This document shows, piece by piece, positions 45,112-53,700 of a stretch of DNA of 64,000 nt. The stretch covers positions 96,001 to 160,000 of the forward strand of contig JBGPGO010000002.1 of NCBI GenBank assembly GCA_041483895.1, read 5' to 3'. This DNA comes from Fimbriimonadia bacterium (lineage in GTDB: Bacteria > Armatimonadota > Fimbriimonadia > Fimbriimonadales > JABRVX01). Position numbers and translations under genes: made by a program. Numbering within the stretch: position 1 is the first letter of the stretch; each line of letters starts with the position of its first letter. The notes beneath the pieces were generated by a model that did no database searches, was not told the DNA's origin, and worked only from the letters and a program-made list of their open reading frames with translations.

Positions 45112-46002
45112 CTGAAAGCCCGGCAGGCATTCACTCTAATTGAGTTGTTGATAGTTCTGGCGATCATCACTGTGCTCGCTGGGATGTTATTTCCTGTGTT
45201 TCGCTCGGCCATGACCGCTGCCCGTCAATCCGCCTGTATTTCGAACTCGCATTCCGTCTCCTTGGCGATGGGGATGTACTTGGACGAATACAACCTCCGA
45301 TTTCCTCCCGCAAATTACCACGCCTACATCCCCGGCCCGCCGGATCACGAGGATCGCACTTGGGTACAGATTGTCTCGCGATACGCAAGGTCGATGGATG
45401 TATTTGAATGCCCCGCAGATAACGGCCGGCAAATTCAACCGGAGATTACGGCGGCGGATGACATGGATGCAGCTCCGGATAACGATTGGGGTGAATTCTA
45501 TATCCGTTCCCTGCGGACCAATTACGGATTCAATTACGTCTATCTGTCCCCCGTGGTATTCGATGAGTCGAACGGTACATACCGCTCATTTCCTTCGAGG
45601 AATTCAGCGATCAAGAATCAGTCTAAAACCTTGCTCTTCGTCGACAGCGTATGGAGCCGTGACAAGAACGGTCATCCGGTTGGGGGCGGGCAATGGATCG
45701 TCTATCCGCCGTGCCAAAACGTCGTCGAGAACTTGAACAGGTGGGATTCATTCCCAACAGTGACCCAGGACCACGCCCTGTATAGAAAAATCGCGCCGGA
45801 CGGTTGGGATAAGGATCCGCTGTCTGGGAACCGCTTTGGCGGAGCTTGGGGTTGGCATGATGGAAAAGCGACACAGATGTTCGCTGACGGGCACGCCGCC
45901 ACCCGTCCCATCAATTCCCTATATGACGGCTGCCAGTTCCAAGAAGCTTGGCAGGGAGTGATCGTAAACCAATCCAAGTACATCTGGGATCCAGCGGAGT
46001 AA
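45112..46002 (+). CDS. Prepilin-type N-methylation / H-X9-DG domain protein (CTG start)
   Basis: [27 protein letters not shown]9-DG ([12 protein letters not shown]); GGAGG 6 nt before the CTG and an in-frame TAA at 45094. Confidence 0.85.
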   Translation: MKARQAFTLIELLIVLAIITVLAGMLFPVFRSAMTAARQSACISNSHSVSLAMGMYLDEYNLRFPPANYHAYIPGPPDHEDRTWVQIVSRYARSMDVFECPADNGRQIQPEITAADDMDAAPDNDWGEFYIRSLRTNYGFNYVYLSPVVFDESNGTYRSFPSRNSAIKNQSKTLLFVDSVWSRDKNGHPVGGGQWIVYPPCQNVVENLNRWDSFPTVTQDHALYRKIAPDGWDKDPLSGNRFGGAWGWHDGKATQMFADGHAATRPINSLYDGCQFQEAWQGVIVNQSKYIWDPAE

Positions 46003-46004
46003 TC

Positions 46005-46229
46005 ATGGGATTTTTCCATTCAACGCCTGGCAAAATTATCGTCATCTGTTTGGGGGTCGTCGCATTGGTAGCGATCGCGTTCTTTATCAAAGGCAACGTG
46101 GGAAAGAGTGGAACCGACAGCCCGAGCGATGTTACGAATCTCTTGCCCAAATCCGACCCCAACGATCCGAACAGGGTCGAACGTCGTCCCGGCGATGCCG
46201 TCGGCGTCATGCCGAGCAAGCCGGATTAA
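46005..46229 (+). CDS. Small single-TM protein between the pilin-like genes
   Basis: MGFF..., one hydrophobic helix, Pro/Asp-rich tail; tight spacing to both neighbours. Confidence 0.65.
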   Translation: MGFFHSTPGKIIVICLGVVALVAIAFFIKGNVGKSGTDSPSDVTNLLPKSDPNDPNRVERRPGDAVGVMPSKPD

Positions 46230-46243
46230 TAAAGGAGCCATTC

Positions 46244-47134
46244 ATGCGTAACCGAGGCTTTACTCTTATCGAACTGCTCGTCGTAATCGCAATCATCGCA
46301 ATCTTAGCTGCCATTCTATTTCCGGTCTTTGCCCAGGCGCGAGCCTCGGCTAAAACTTCCATGTGCACCAGCAACTTCAAACAGGTCGGCACAGCAATCA
46401 CCATGTATCGCGGCGACAACAACGGAAAATTTCCCCAAACCAACTGGCGCGCCGCATGGGCCGGATGCAAGGTCGACCCCTTCGACCGAGTTTGGATACA
46501 ACTCCTCCAGCCGTACGTTAAGGAATGGCATATCTTCCGCTGTCCGTCCGATGTCAACAACACAGACGCGGCGCTTTCCAAGATCGATGACAACGGTGCG
46601 TGCCCGCCCCCGAAGCCAGGTTTCGAGACCTTTTACATGTGGTCTTTGCGATCGGATGCCGGATTCAACTACATCTATCTGAGTCCGGTGATCAATCAAG
46701 GTGCGGCGAAATGGCATAGCGCTCCTCTCAACGAAAGCCATGTCGCCAGCGCCGCCAACACGTTCTTGACCATTGATTCGATTTGGTTGCGCGATGCCTC
46801 CGGGGCGCCCATCGGTGGTGGAAACTGGGTCGTCGTTCCGCCGGCGCGCTATTATCGTCCGCCCGGCGGCAGCCAAGTGGATACCTTCCCATTCCCGCCG
46901 GGGACTACGCAGTTCTACGATTACGGTGGTTGGGCGGTAAATCAGCCTCTGTCCTGGCTCGTGTTCGGTGGGACTTGGCCCTGGCATCGGGACCGAAGCA
47001 TGGTGACGTTTGTGGACGGCCATACAAAGACGATGCGGCCAACGCAGCTATCCAACGGCGTTCCCAACGTCCTCCCGAATTACGGTGGGCCGATCACGGA
47101 CCTCGACGCCTATCAATGGGACGTGACCCAGTAA
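46244..47134 (+). CDS. Prepilin-type N-methylation / H-X9-DG domain protein
   Basis: [58 protein letters not shown]. Confidence 0.92.
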   Translation: MRNRGFTLIELLVVIAIIAILAAILFPVFAQARASAKTSMCTSNFKQVGTAITMYRGDNNGKFPQTNWRAAWAGCKVDPFDRVWIQLLQPYVKEWHIFRCPSDVNNTDAALSKIDDNGACPPPKPGFETFYMWSLRSDAGFNYIYLSPVINQGAAKWHSAPLNESHVASAANTFLTIDSIWLRDASGAPIGGGNWVVVPPARYYRPPGGSQVDTFPFPPGTTQFYDYGGWAVNQPLSWLVFGGTWPWHRDRSMVTFVDGHTKTMRPTQLSNGVPNVLPNYGGPITDLDAYQWDVTQ

Positions 47135-47152
47135 TTTAGATCGCACTTTCCA

Positions 47153-47190
47153 GCCGGACCCATGTATTTTTCTTGGGTCCGGCCCTTTCA
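47153..47190 (+). terminator. Terminator-like hairpin after the pilin-like operon
   Basis: GCCGGACCCA...TGGGTCCGGC stem followed by CCTTTCA. Confidence 0.6.
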
Positions 47191-47200
47191 TTTGAATAAC

Positions 47201-47228
47201 GGAACTTTCTGAGGCCCTCAAGCGTCTA
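47201..47228 (+). promoter_or_regulatory. ECF-sigma-type promoter
   Basis: GGAACT...CGTCTA, the typical ECF -35 (GGAAC) / -10 (CGTC) pattern. Confidence 0.7.
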
Positions 47229-47240
47229 TACTAATACTTG

Positions 47241-47254
47241 ACCGACTAGTCGGT
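47241..47254. promoter_or_regulatory. Putative TetR operator
   Basis: Perfect 14-bp palindrome ACCGACTAGTCGGT between the promoter and the tetR start. Confidence 0.7.
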
Positions 47255-47269
47255 AAACCAAGTGACGAA

Positions 47270-47947
47270 ATGGCAAAGACAGGCAACCGCAAACAGGAAA
47301 TCATCGATTGTGCCCTTCGACTGATGACGGAGAAGGGCTACACGAACACCTCGATGGACGACATCGTGGTCGCCAGCGGGCTGAAAAAGGGCAGTTTGTA
47401 CTATTTCTTCCCTTCCAAGCAGGATCTGGCTGAGGAAGTGCTGGAGCATTACTGGACGAAGGCGTCCGCCGAGTTAGGCGAGATTATCAGAAATCTCTCG
47501 CCCAGCCCGACCGAGCGGGTTTTCCTGCTTTGCTCCGGGGAGCTTTTCGGCGACAGCGAGGAAAAGTTCACCGGGTGCTTCTTGGGGAACATGATTGCGG
47601 AGATGTCTTTGCTGGATGAACGGATCGGCGGAAAGGCCTGCGAGCTGCTCCAGCGGTTCGAGGACTATCTGGTCGAGGAGTTGGACGAGGGCGTCCGATT
47701 GGGCGAGTTGAGGCCGGGGGTCAAGACCCGTCTGATCGCCAGGCAGCTTGTGGCCTATTTCGAAGGTTGCCTGCTGTTGGCAAAGGGATGTCAGTGCGTC
47801 GGAACAGTGAGGGAGTTGTCGGGTGGCGTGGGCGCCATCCTGGGAGCCAATCTGGTCTCCCAATCACGCAGGGCCGAGCCGGCAAAGAAGGCGGCTCGGT
47901 TGGAGAGGGGTAAAGACGATGGTAGGACAGAACAATATCGCTCTTAG
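47270..47947 (+). CDS. TetR/AcrR family regulator (NemR/ComR-like, Cys-rich)
   Basis: GYTNTSMDDIV..SG..KGSLYYFFPSK; GCFLGN; 7 Cys. Confidence 0.92.
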   Translation: MAKTGNRKQEIIDCALRLMTEKGYTNTSMDDIVVASGLKKGSLYYFFPSKQDLAEEVLEHYWTKASAELGEIIRNLSPSPTERVFLLCSGELFGDSEEKFTGCFLGNMIAEMSLLDERIGGKACELLQRFEDYLVEELDEGVRLGELRPGVKTRLIARQLVAYFEGCLLLAKGCQCVGTVRELSGGVGAILGANLVSQSRRAEPAKKAARLERGKDDGRTEQYRS

Positions 47948-48512
47948 CGCGTCGGTGGACACGATGTCCGATCGCGGCAAGGCGGAATTTGAAAAACTAA
48001 TGTCCAAGTCATGGCGTCGGGCGTACAACATGGCATACCAGTTGACGCGCAACGCATCGGAAGCGGAGGATCTCGTGCAAGAGACCTACGTGAAGGCTTG
48101 GAAAGGTTTTGCCAGCTTCCGGCCGGAGCGCCCGTTCATCAACTGGGTGCTGCGGATCATGCAGCGCGCATTTTTGGACCAAAAGCGGCGGGACAATCCG
48201 ATTCGGAACGCGGAGAGTTTGAACAATATGGTCAGTCCCGCGGATGGCGAAGTCCAGGAGATTCCGATCATCGATCCGGCGAGGGGGCCGGAAGAGATGG
48301 TGCTAACCGAGGAGCTTGCCGCCGAAGTGCATATGGCGCTGGCGCGGATTCCGGAGGTGTATCGCGTGGCGGTGACGCTGTGCGACATCGAGGGGATGTC
48401 CTATTCGGAGATCGCGGATATCCAGCGGACCACGGTCGGCACGGTCCGTTCGCGGATCCATAGGGGCCGCCAGATGCTGAAGAAGGAACTGGCGAAGCGC
48501 AAGCTCGCATAA
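47919..48512 (+). CDS. ECF RNA polymerase sigma-70 factor
   Basis: AEDLVQETYVKAW; GMSYSEIA...GTVRSRIHRGR. Confidence 0.92.
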   Translation: MVGQNNIALSASVDTMSDRGKAEFEKLMSKSWRRAYNMAYQLTRNASEAEDLVQETYVKAWKGFASFRPERPFINWVLRIMQRAFLDQKRRDNPIRNAESLNNMVSPADGEVQEIPIIDPARGPEEMVLTEELAAEVHMALARIPEVYRVAVTLCDIEGMSYSEIADIQRTTVGTVRSRIHRGRQMLKKELAKRKLA

Positions 48513-48521
48513 CAAAGTTCT

Positions 48522-48635
48522 CTCTTCGCAATCCCCATTGTGAAGGGGAATCGAAAAGAATTCTTGTTGACGATACGCCCCGATCCCATCGGGATGTTTT
48601 TGTTCGCCGGAGTTGACGATGCGATCGTTGGTGAA
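48522..48635. repeat. Degenerate palindrome B, a CCCGAT/ATCGGG hairpin and palindrome A (REP cluster)
   Basis: CTCTTCGCAAT-CCCC-ATTGTGAAGGG from 48522; TTGACGATGCGATCGTT at 48613; lies between convergent genes. Confidence 0.65.
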
Positions 48636-48665
48636 TTCCTAAGCGCTAAATGCGGCGCAAGACGT

Positions 48666-49319
48666 CTACTTTATTTCCTTCGGGCCTCTTTTCGCCTCAA
48701 TCTTGTCGAATTTGGCGAGCGCCTTGCGTGCCTCGGCCCTATACCAAGTTTTCGGATGATTGAGGAACCGCTCGATTTTCTTCCTCGATTGCGTGGCGCC
48801 CTTTTTTCGCAGAACGATGAGCGCGTGGCCGGCGACCTCATCGTCATCCAGCATTCGCTCCGCGACGTCTACATCTTTGGGGCTCTTCATTTTCGCAAGC
48901 GCTAGAACAACCATCTCCCGCGACTCTCCGTGCGATTTGTCGAGGCAGATCGCGGCGATCTCCTCGAACACGCTGTCGTCGTCAAGTACCTCAAGCGCAT
49001 TCCCTACGGCCCATTTGTAACCTGTTGCATCCTCACCCGGAATTGCGGTGAATTCGTTGAGCATCGGTCGCAATGCGAGTTGCTTCGCTGCCGGGATGCT
49101 GAGCGCACGAACAACGCCTTGCTTCATCCATGCCTCGTTGACTGTCGGCAAAATTGCGAGAAGAACTGGAATTGACTTATCCCAATCCCGGGGATGATTT
49201 ACGAGGTCAAATACTGATTCAACTTCAACGCCATTTTCTCGCAATGCTCGAGTAATTCTTGCGCCTTCAAGGAGCCTTATCTTGGAGTTAACAGGGGGAG
49301 GTGTGTTGGCTTGCTCCAT
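48666..49319 (-). CDS. HEAT-repeat immunity protein (orphan copy 3)
   Basis: Near-identical to 50141-50773; KWAVGNAL, HG.SREMVVLAL. Confidence 0.85.
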   Translation of the reverse strand: MEQANTPPPVNSKIRLLEGARITRALRENGVEVESVFDLVNHPRDWDKSIPVLLAILPTVNEAWMKQGVVRALSIPAAKQLALRPMLNEFTAIPGEDATGYKWAVGNALEVLDDDSVFEEIAAICLDKSHGESREMVVLALAKMKSPKDVDVAERMLDDDEVAGHALIVLRKKGATQSRKKIERFLNHPKTWYRAEARKALAKFDKIEAKRGPKEIK

Positions 49320-49380
49320 AGTATTGGGTTTAGCTCAAAACCGCCTGCGGCAAGCAACTTGTGGCGAATTCTCGAAGCAC
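49277..49380 (-). pseudogene. Frameshifted remnant of a variant toxin C-terminus
   Basis: VLREFA-(1-nt loss)-KLLAAGGFEL...HLPLLTPR aligns with the toxin end LREFLDQTLGSGGYDI...HLPLLTPR. Confidence 0.65.
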
Positions 49381-49425
49381 GTCATTGGATCTACTGTCAA
49401 CATAGTTGACAATCAGCCCTCTGTC

Positions 49426-50079
49426 TCATGGGTTGGATTTCGGAGGAATCTTACGTCCTGTCCTGGGTAGCTCGGCTGCTATCTCATCTAGGCGGTCCAG
49501 CGTTTTCTTCGCCTCCTTTCTCAACGTTGGATGGGAATGTGAAAGTAATTTCGCGACCTCATCGCGCGCTTCCACCGCCTTCATCAACTTCACTCCTGTC
49601 AATGCATGCAAGGCAACGTCATCATCGCTGAGGAGTCGGATGATCGTGGGTAGGGCCCGTCTATCTCTTAGATAACCAAGCTTCAATACCACCATTTGAC
49701 GAGATTGACCATGTCGTCGCTCTTCTGCGATGGAAATCAAATCCTCGAGAACGGACTTGTCTGCGAGAACGTACAAGGCATTCCCGATTGCCCACTTTAG
49801 TCTACCATCTTCTTCTACAGGCCTAGCAAGGAACTCATGAAGGACTGGCCCGAGCGCCTGCTTCCTAGAATGAGTAACTGATAATGCTCTCACAATGCCC
49901 TCCTTGACTCCGAGATCGGCGCATCGAGGCAAGAATTCAACGAGGACTGGTATGGCAGCTTCATCCGTCGAAGGGGAGTTTACAAGATCCCAAATATCGT
50001 TGATGATAACACCCGCCTTGCGAAGCGCCTTCACCAGTTCATCATTTTCCAATACATATGACGCTTTCAGCGGTACCAT
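49426..50079 (-). CDS. HEAT-repeat immunity protein (divergent orphan copy 2)
   Basis: DLVN, IPVL, KEGIVRALS, KWAIGNAL, HGQSRQMVVL shared with the flanking copies. Confidence 0.85.
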   Translation of the reverse strand: MVPLKASYVLENDELVKALRKAGVIINDIWDLVNSPSTDEAAIPVLVEFLPRCADLGVKEGIVRALSVTHSRKQALGPVLHEFLARPVEEDGRLKWAIGNALYVLADKSVLEDLISIAEERRHGQSRQMVVLKLGYLRDRRALPTIIRLLSDDDVALHALTGVKLMKAVEARDEVAKLLSHSHPTLRKEAKKTLDRLDEIAAELPRTGRKIPPKSNP

Positions 50080-50141
50080 GTCTTCTTTCCAAATATCGGT
50101 ATCAAATCCCAGCCACCGCCGTGGGGTCCGAGGTGACGCAT
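50067..50141 (-). pseudogene. 24-aa mini-ORF / remnant of another toxin tip
   Basis: MRHLGPHGGGWDLIPIFGKKTWYR resembles the toxin end TLGSGGYDITDIFSNRW; starts by TAATG overlap with the stop of immunity copy 1. Confidence 0.6.
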
Positions 50142-50773
50142 TATGCATTCCTAGCCTTAGCCTCAATCTTGTCGAATTTCGCGAGCGCTTTGCGTGCTTC
50201 AGTCCGATACCAAGTCTTCGGATGATTGAGGAATTGCTCGATCTTCTCTCTCGATTTCGTTGCACCTTTTTTTCGCAGAACGATGAGCGCGTGCCCGGCG
50301 ACCTCCTCGTCGTCAAGAAGCTGCTCAGCGACCTCTACAGCCTTGGGGTTTTTCATTTTCGCAAGCGCTAGAACAACCATCTCCCGCGACTCTCCATGCG
50401 ATTTGTCAAGGCAGATCGCGGCGATCTCTTCGAAAACGGTGTCGTCCGCAAGTACCTCAAGTGCATTCCCTACGGCCCATTTGTAACCTGTCGCATCCCC
50501 ACCCGGAATTGCGGTGAATTCGTTGAGCATCGGTCGCAATGCGAGTTGCTTCGCTGCCGGGATGCTTAGCGCACGAACGACCCCTTGCTTCATCCATGCC
50601 TCGTTAACTGTCGGCAAAATTGCGAGAAGAACTGGAATTGACTTATCCCAATCCCGGGGATGATTCACGAGGTCAAACACCGAATCAACTTCAACGCCAT
50701 TTTCTCGCAATGCTCGAGTAATTCTTGCGCTTTCAAGGAGCCTTATCTCGGGGTTAATAGGGGGAGATGCCAT
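50141..50773 (-). CDS. HEAT-repeat immunity protein (cognate copy 1)
   Basis: Overlaps the 3' end of the toxin gene; HEAT-like helices; alternative TTG start at 50788. Confidence 0.85.
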   Translation of the reverse strand: MASPPINPEIRLLESARITRALRENGVEVDSVFDLVNHPRDWDKSIPVLLAILPTVNEAWMKQGVVRALSIPAAKQLALRPMLNEFTAIPGGDATGYKWAVGNALEVLADDTVFEEIAAICLDKSHGESREMVVLALAKMKNPKAVEVAEQLLDDEEVAGHALIVLRKKGATKSREKIEQFLNHPKTWYRTEARKALAKFDKIEAKARNA

Positions 50774-53700
50774 GGTCCGTTTATCCAACGATTGCTGAAT
50801 ATATCCGTGATGTCATAGCCACCAGAGCCAAGCGTCTGATCTAGGAACTCTCTAAGCGTACTTGAAATTCCGATCTCTTTGCTACGGAGTCTCAGGATAA
50901 ATCTTAAGCCGAACTTTTCGGCATGCAGGATATAGTCTTTTAACTGATTCGACAAGCCCACCTTTCTACTCCAGTTCTTTACATCACCGATCTCAACATC
51001 ATTGAGTATATCTGGAATTCGATAGTTCGCTGTCTTTGTAATGGATTTAATTCGCTCGGTGTTTTTCTCGATTCCTGCAGCAACCTCGCCGACTCGTCCT
51101 AATTGCACAACATTCCTCATCTTCGACGCAAGCCGGGAAGCTCGGTAGGCGTTGGTCATCGTGACGTACGCGTTCTTGATGACTTGCGGAAGATTGGCGG
51201 TCCACTTGTTATGCGCCCAAACCTCGTCTGCACCGACGAAAAATGTGTGCGGATCCTCGACAGAAAGGTTGTAAACCGTGATGGCGGGAAGGCAGTCGAT
51301 CTGCGTGATCTGGACCTGATCGGAATGCGTCACCAGCCAGTCACCGATGGCGAGCTGAGATGCAGGAACCCAGCCGGAACCGACCTTGTAGAGCGGATGC
51401 TCCGCGGTAACCTCCAACGCGCCACTAGAATCAAATGTGAAGTGGATGCGCTCCGCGGGCGAACATGTTATGTTGTTTACAACATGTGTATGCACAATCT
51501 GCCCGGTCGATTCATCCTTGGCGAGAATTGTTGCGCCGGGTGTCAGTTCGTCAATCGCCGTATATCCACTCGGGGTTTTGACGGGCGTTCCGGCAGGAAA
51601 GCATGCGCCGAATCCCGCCGATCTCGACAACCAACCGACGGACTTCTTTGCCCAAGGCATGAGCGCTTTCACTGCTGGAGCAGTGACAAACGGAATTAGA
51701 GAACAGACACCACCAATTGCTGCGTCGATGAAGTGATCTTCCGCCGCTTCATCGTTCCCATTTGCCGCATCTATAAATCCCGCTATAAGGTTGCCAAGGG
51801 TCCATCCTATATCAATTGCCGTATCAATGTACGCTCCGGATGGGTCCTTCGCGGTGATTGGCCGATTGCCCGCATAAGAATAAACATTTGCATCGCCACC
51901 GCGTACGCCAACCGGATCTCGCTGCATCCAGCGGCCGACGCTGGGGTCGTATTCGCGCGCGCCGACATGGTATAGCTTGGTCGCGGGAATGTACTGATAT
52001 CCGTACGCCGCGTTCCACCGGAACGGGTTGGCGGTGGAACCGGTCTGGGAGGTGATGTTCCCCCATGCGTCGTAGGTGTAGCGGTCGGTGATCGTGGCCT
52101 GGTTGTTGACCAGCAGCCGGGTGTGGCCGAGCCCGTCGTAGATGTAATATCTGCGGGCGCTTCCGGCTACGCGGTAGATGGGACCGGTCGGTCCCCAGAC
52201 GTAACGGGCGACCAGATTGCCGTTTCCATCCAGCTCCGCGATGAGCTCCCCGAACTGGTTGTAGAGAAAGTAGCTGTTGAACGATCCGACGGTCTGCTTG
52301 ACGCGCAGGCCCATGGCGTCGTACTCGGCTTTGTAAACGGGCGAGCCGTCGAGTTGCACTTCCGTGAGGTTGTCGAGGGCATCGTAGAGGTAACCGTACG
52401 TGCCGGTATTCGAGACCCTCTGCGACCGCGTGCCGTTGGGGTCATACTGGTAGCTGACTCCAGTGCTTTCGGTGGCGAGCTGGTTGGTGTGCACGCCGCC
52501 GGCGTTGTATTCTGTGAACGACCTGGTTCCCCAGTTCGTTAGGTTGCCCCCAAGGTCGTAACTGAAGTTGTTGGTCGTGCTCCCGCGAACTTCCTGTCGG
52601 AGTTGACCGTACGGATCGTATTTCCAGGAGACGTTCGTCGAGCTCAAATTCACCCATTCCGCGCAGGTCGCGGGAGTGTTGTCTGGGTAGGGGGTGTAAT
52701 TGTAATGAGCAAAAACCGCTCCAGGGTTGCCAAAACTGAGCATCTGAGTGATTTTTCGGTGGTCGACGCGCTCCAAGAATCCGTGCCCATGTCCCGCAGT
52801 GCCACCGTAGAAGAATTCGGTCTCCAGCTTGTCGTTCGCCATGGAAACGACCACCAGCCGACCTGCGCCATCATGAATGAATCCGGACGTTTCCGATGGC
52901 GAAGTAGTGTCGTCAACAATGGAAGCGACCAATCCGGAGTCATCGTAATAATAGTTCAGACGCTGCAGGACCGTCGAACCAAGCTTTAGCGTTTCGCGAC
53001 TCACCGAACCATCCGGATTGTAGAGGTACTCGATCCCATAACCCGTACCAGGTCCGTTCGGAAATTGAGTCATTGTGGACAGTCGGTTTGTGTCGTAATC
53101 GTAGACGAAATCCGTTCGCCGCGCCTCCGAAGCGCTGACGCTAACCTTCGCGCTCAAGACGTTGCCTGCCAAATCCAGTCCAAATTCGTGTGTGGTGTTG
53201 CCAAAGGCGCTTTTCGTCAACCACCGATTCTTGTTGTAGGTGTGGGAAATCGTTTCGCTGCTTGGGCGAACGATCTGACGAATCAGACCATCGCTTGTGT
53301 AGTTATAAGATTCGGTAAGTGATACTACATTGGAGCCGTCCCAGGAATCAAAGACGGTTGCCGTCTGTTCCTCAAACGCGCCATAGTAATAGGTTTCTCG
53401 AGCTCCATTACCTGCCATAACAGCGGAGGGTTGGTCAAGGGAGTTGAATTCAATGCTGACCATGTCGCGAGCTGGATATGACTGGCCTTCCCAGTCCGTC
53501 CAATTCGGTGCGGAAACTTTGTCGGGGAAGCCGGTATCGCTCGACCCGGTTGGATTGTAGGCGACGTTGAATATCCGCCCTCGTTCGTCCGTCGCCTCGA
53601 CCAATTTGGAGTCGTCATAGGTCATGTCGAAGTGGTTGGCGTCGTTGTACAGGATCTGGGTCGGTTGGCCTAGGACGTTGTAGCTGACCTGTGTCGTTAC

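Noticed and set aside
48666..50773. Near-identical HEAT copies as a DGR template/variable pair or an assembly duplication
   Set aside because: No reverse transcriptase is present, differences are not adenine-specific, both copies are intact ORFs, and their flanks differ
51208..51603. Mobile intein with homing endonuclease
   Set aside because: It is ~132 aa with no endonuclease insert, the +1 residue is Lys, and its position before a toxin tip fits a pre-toxin HINT
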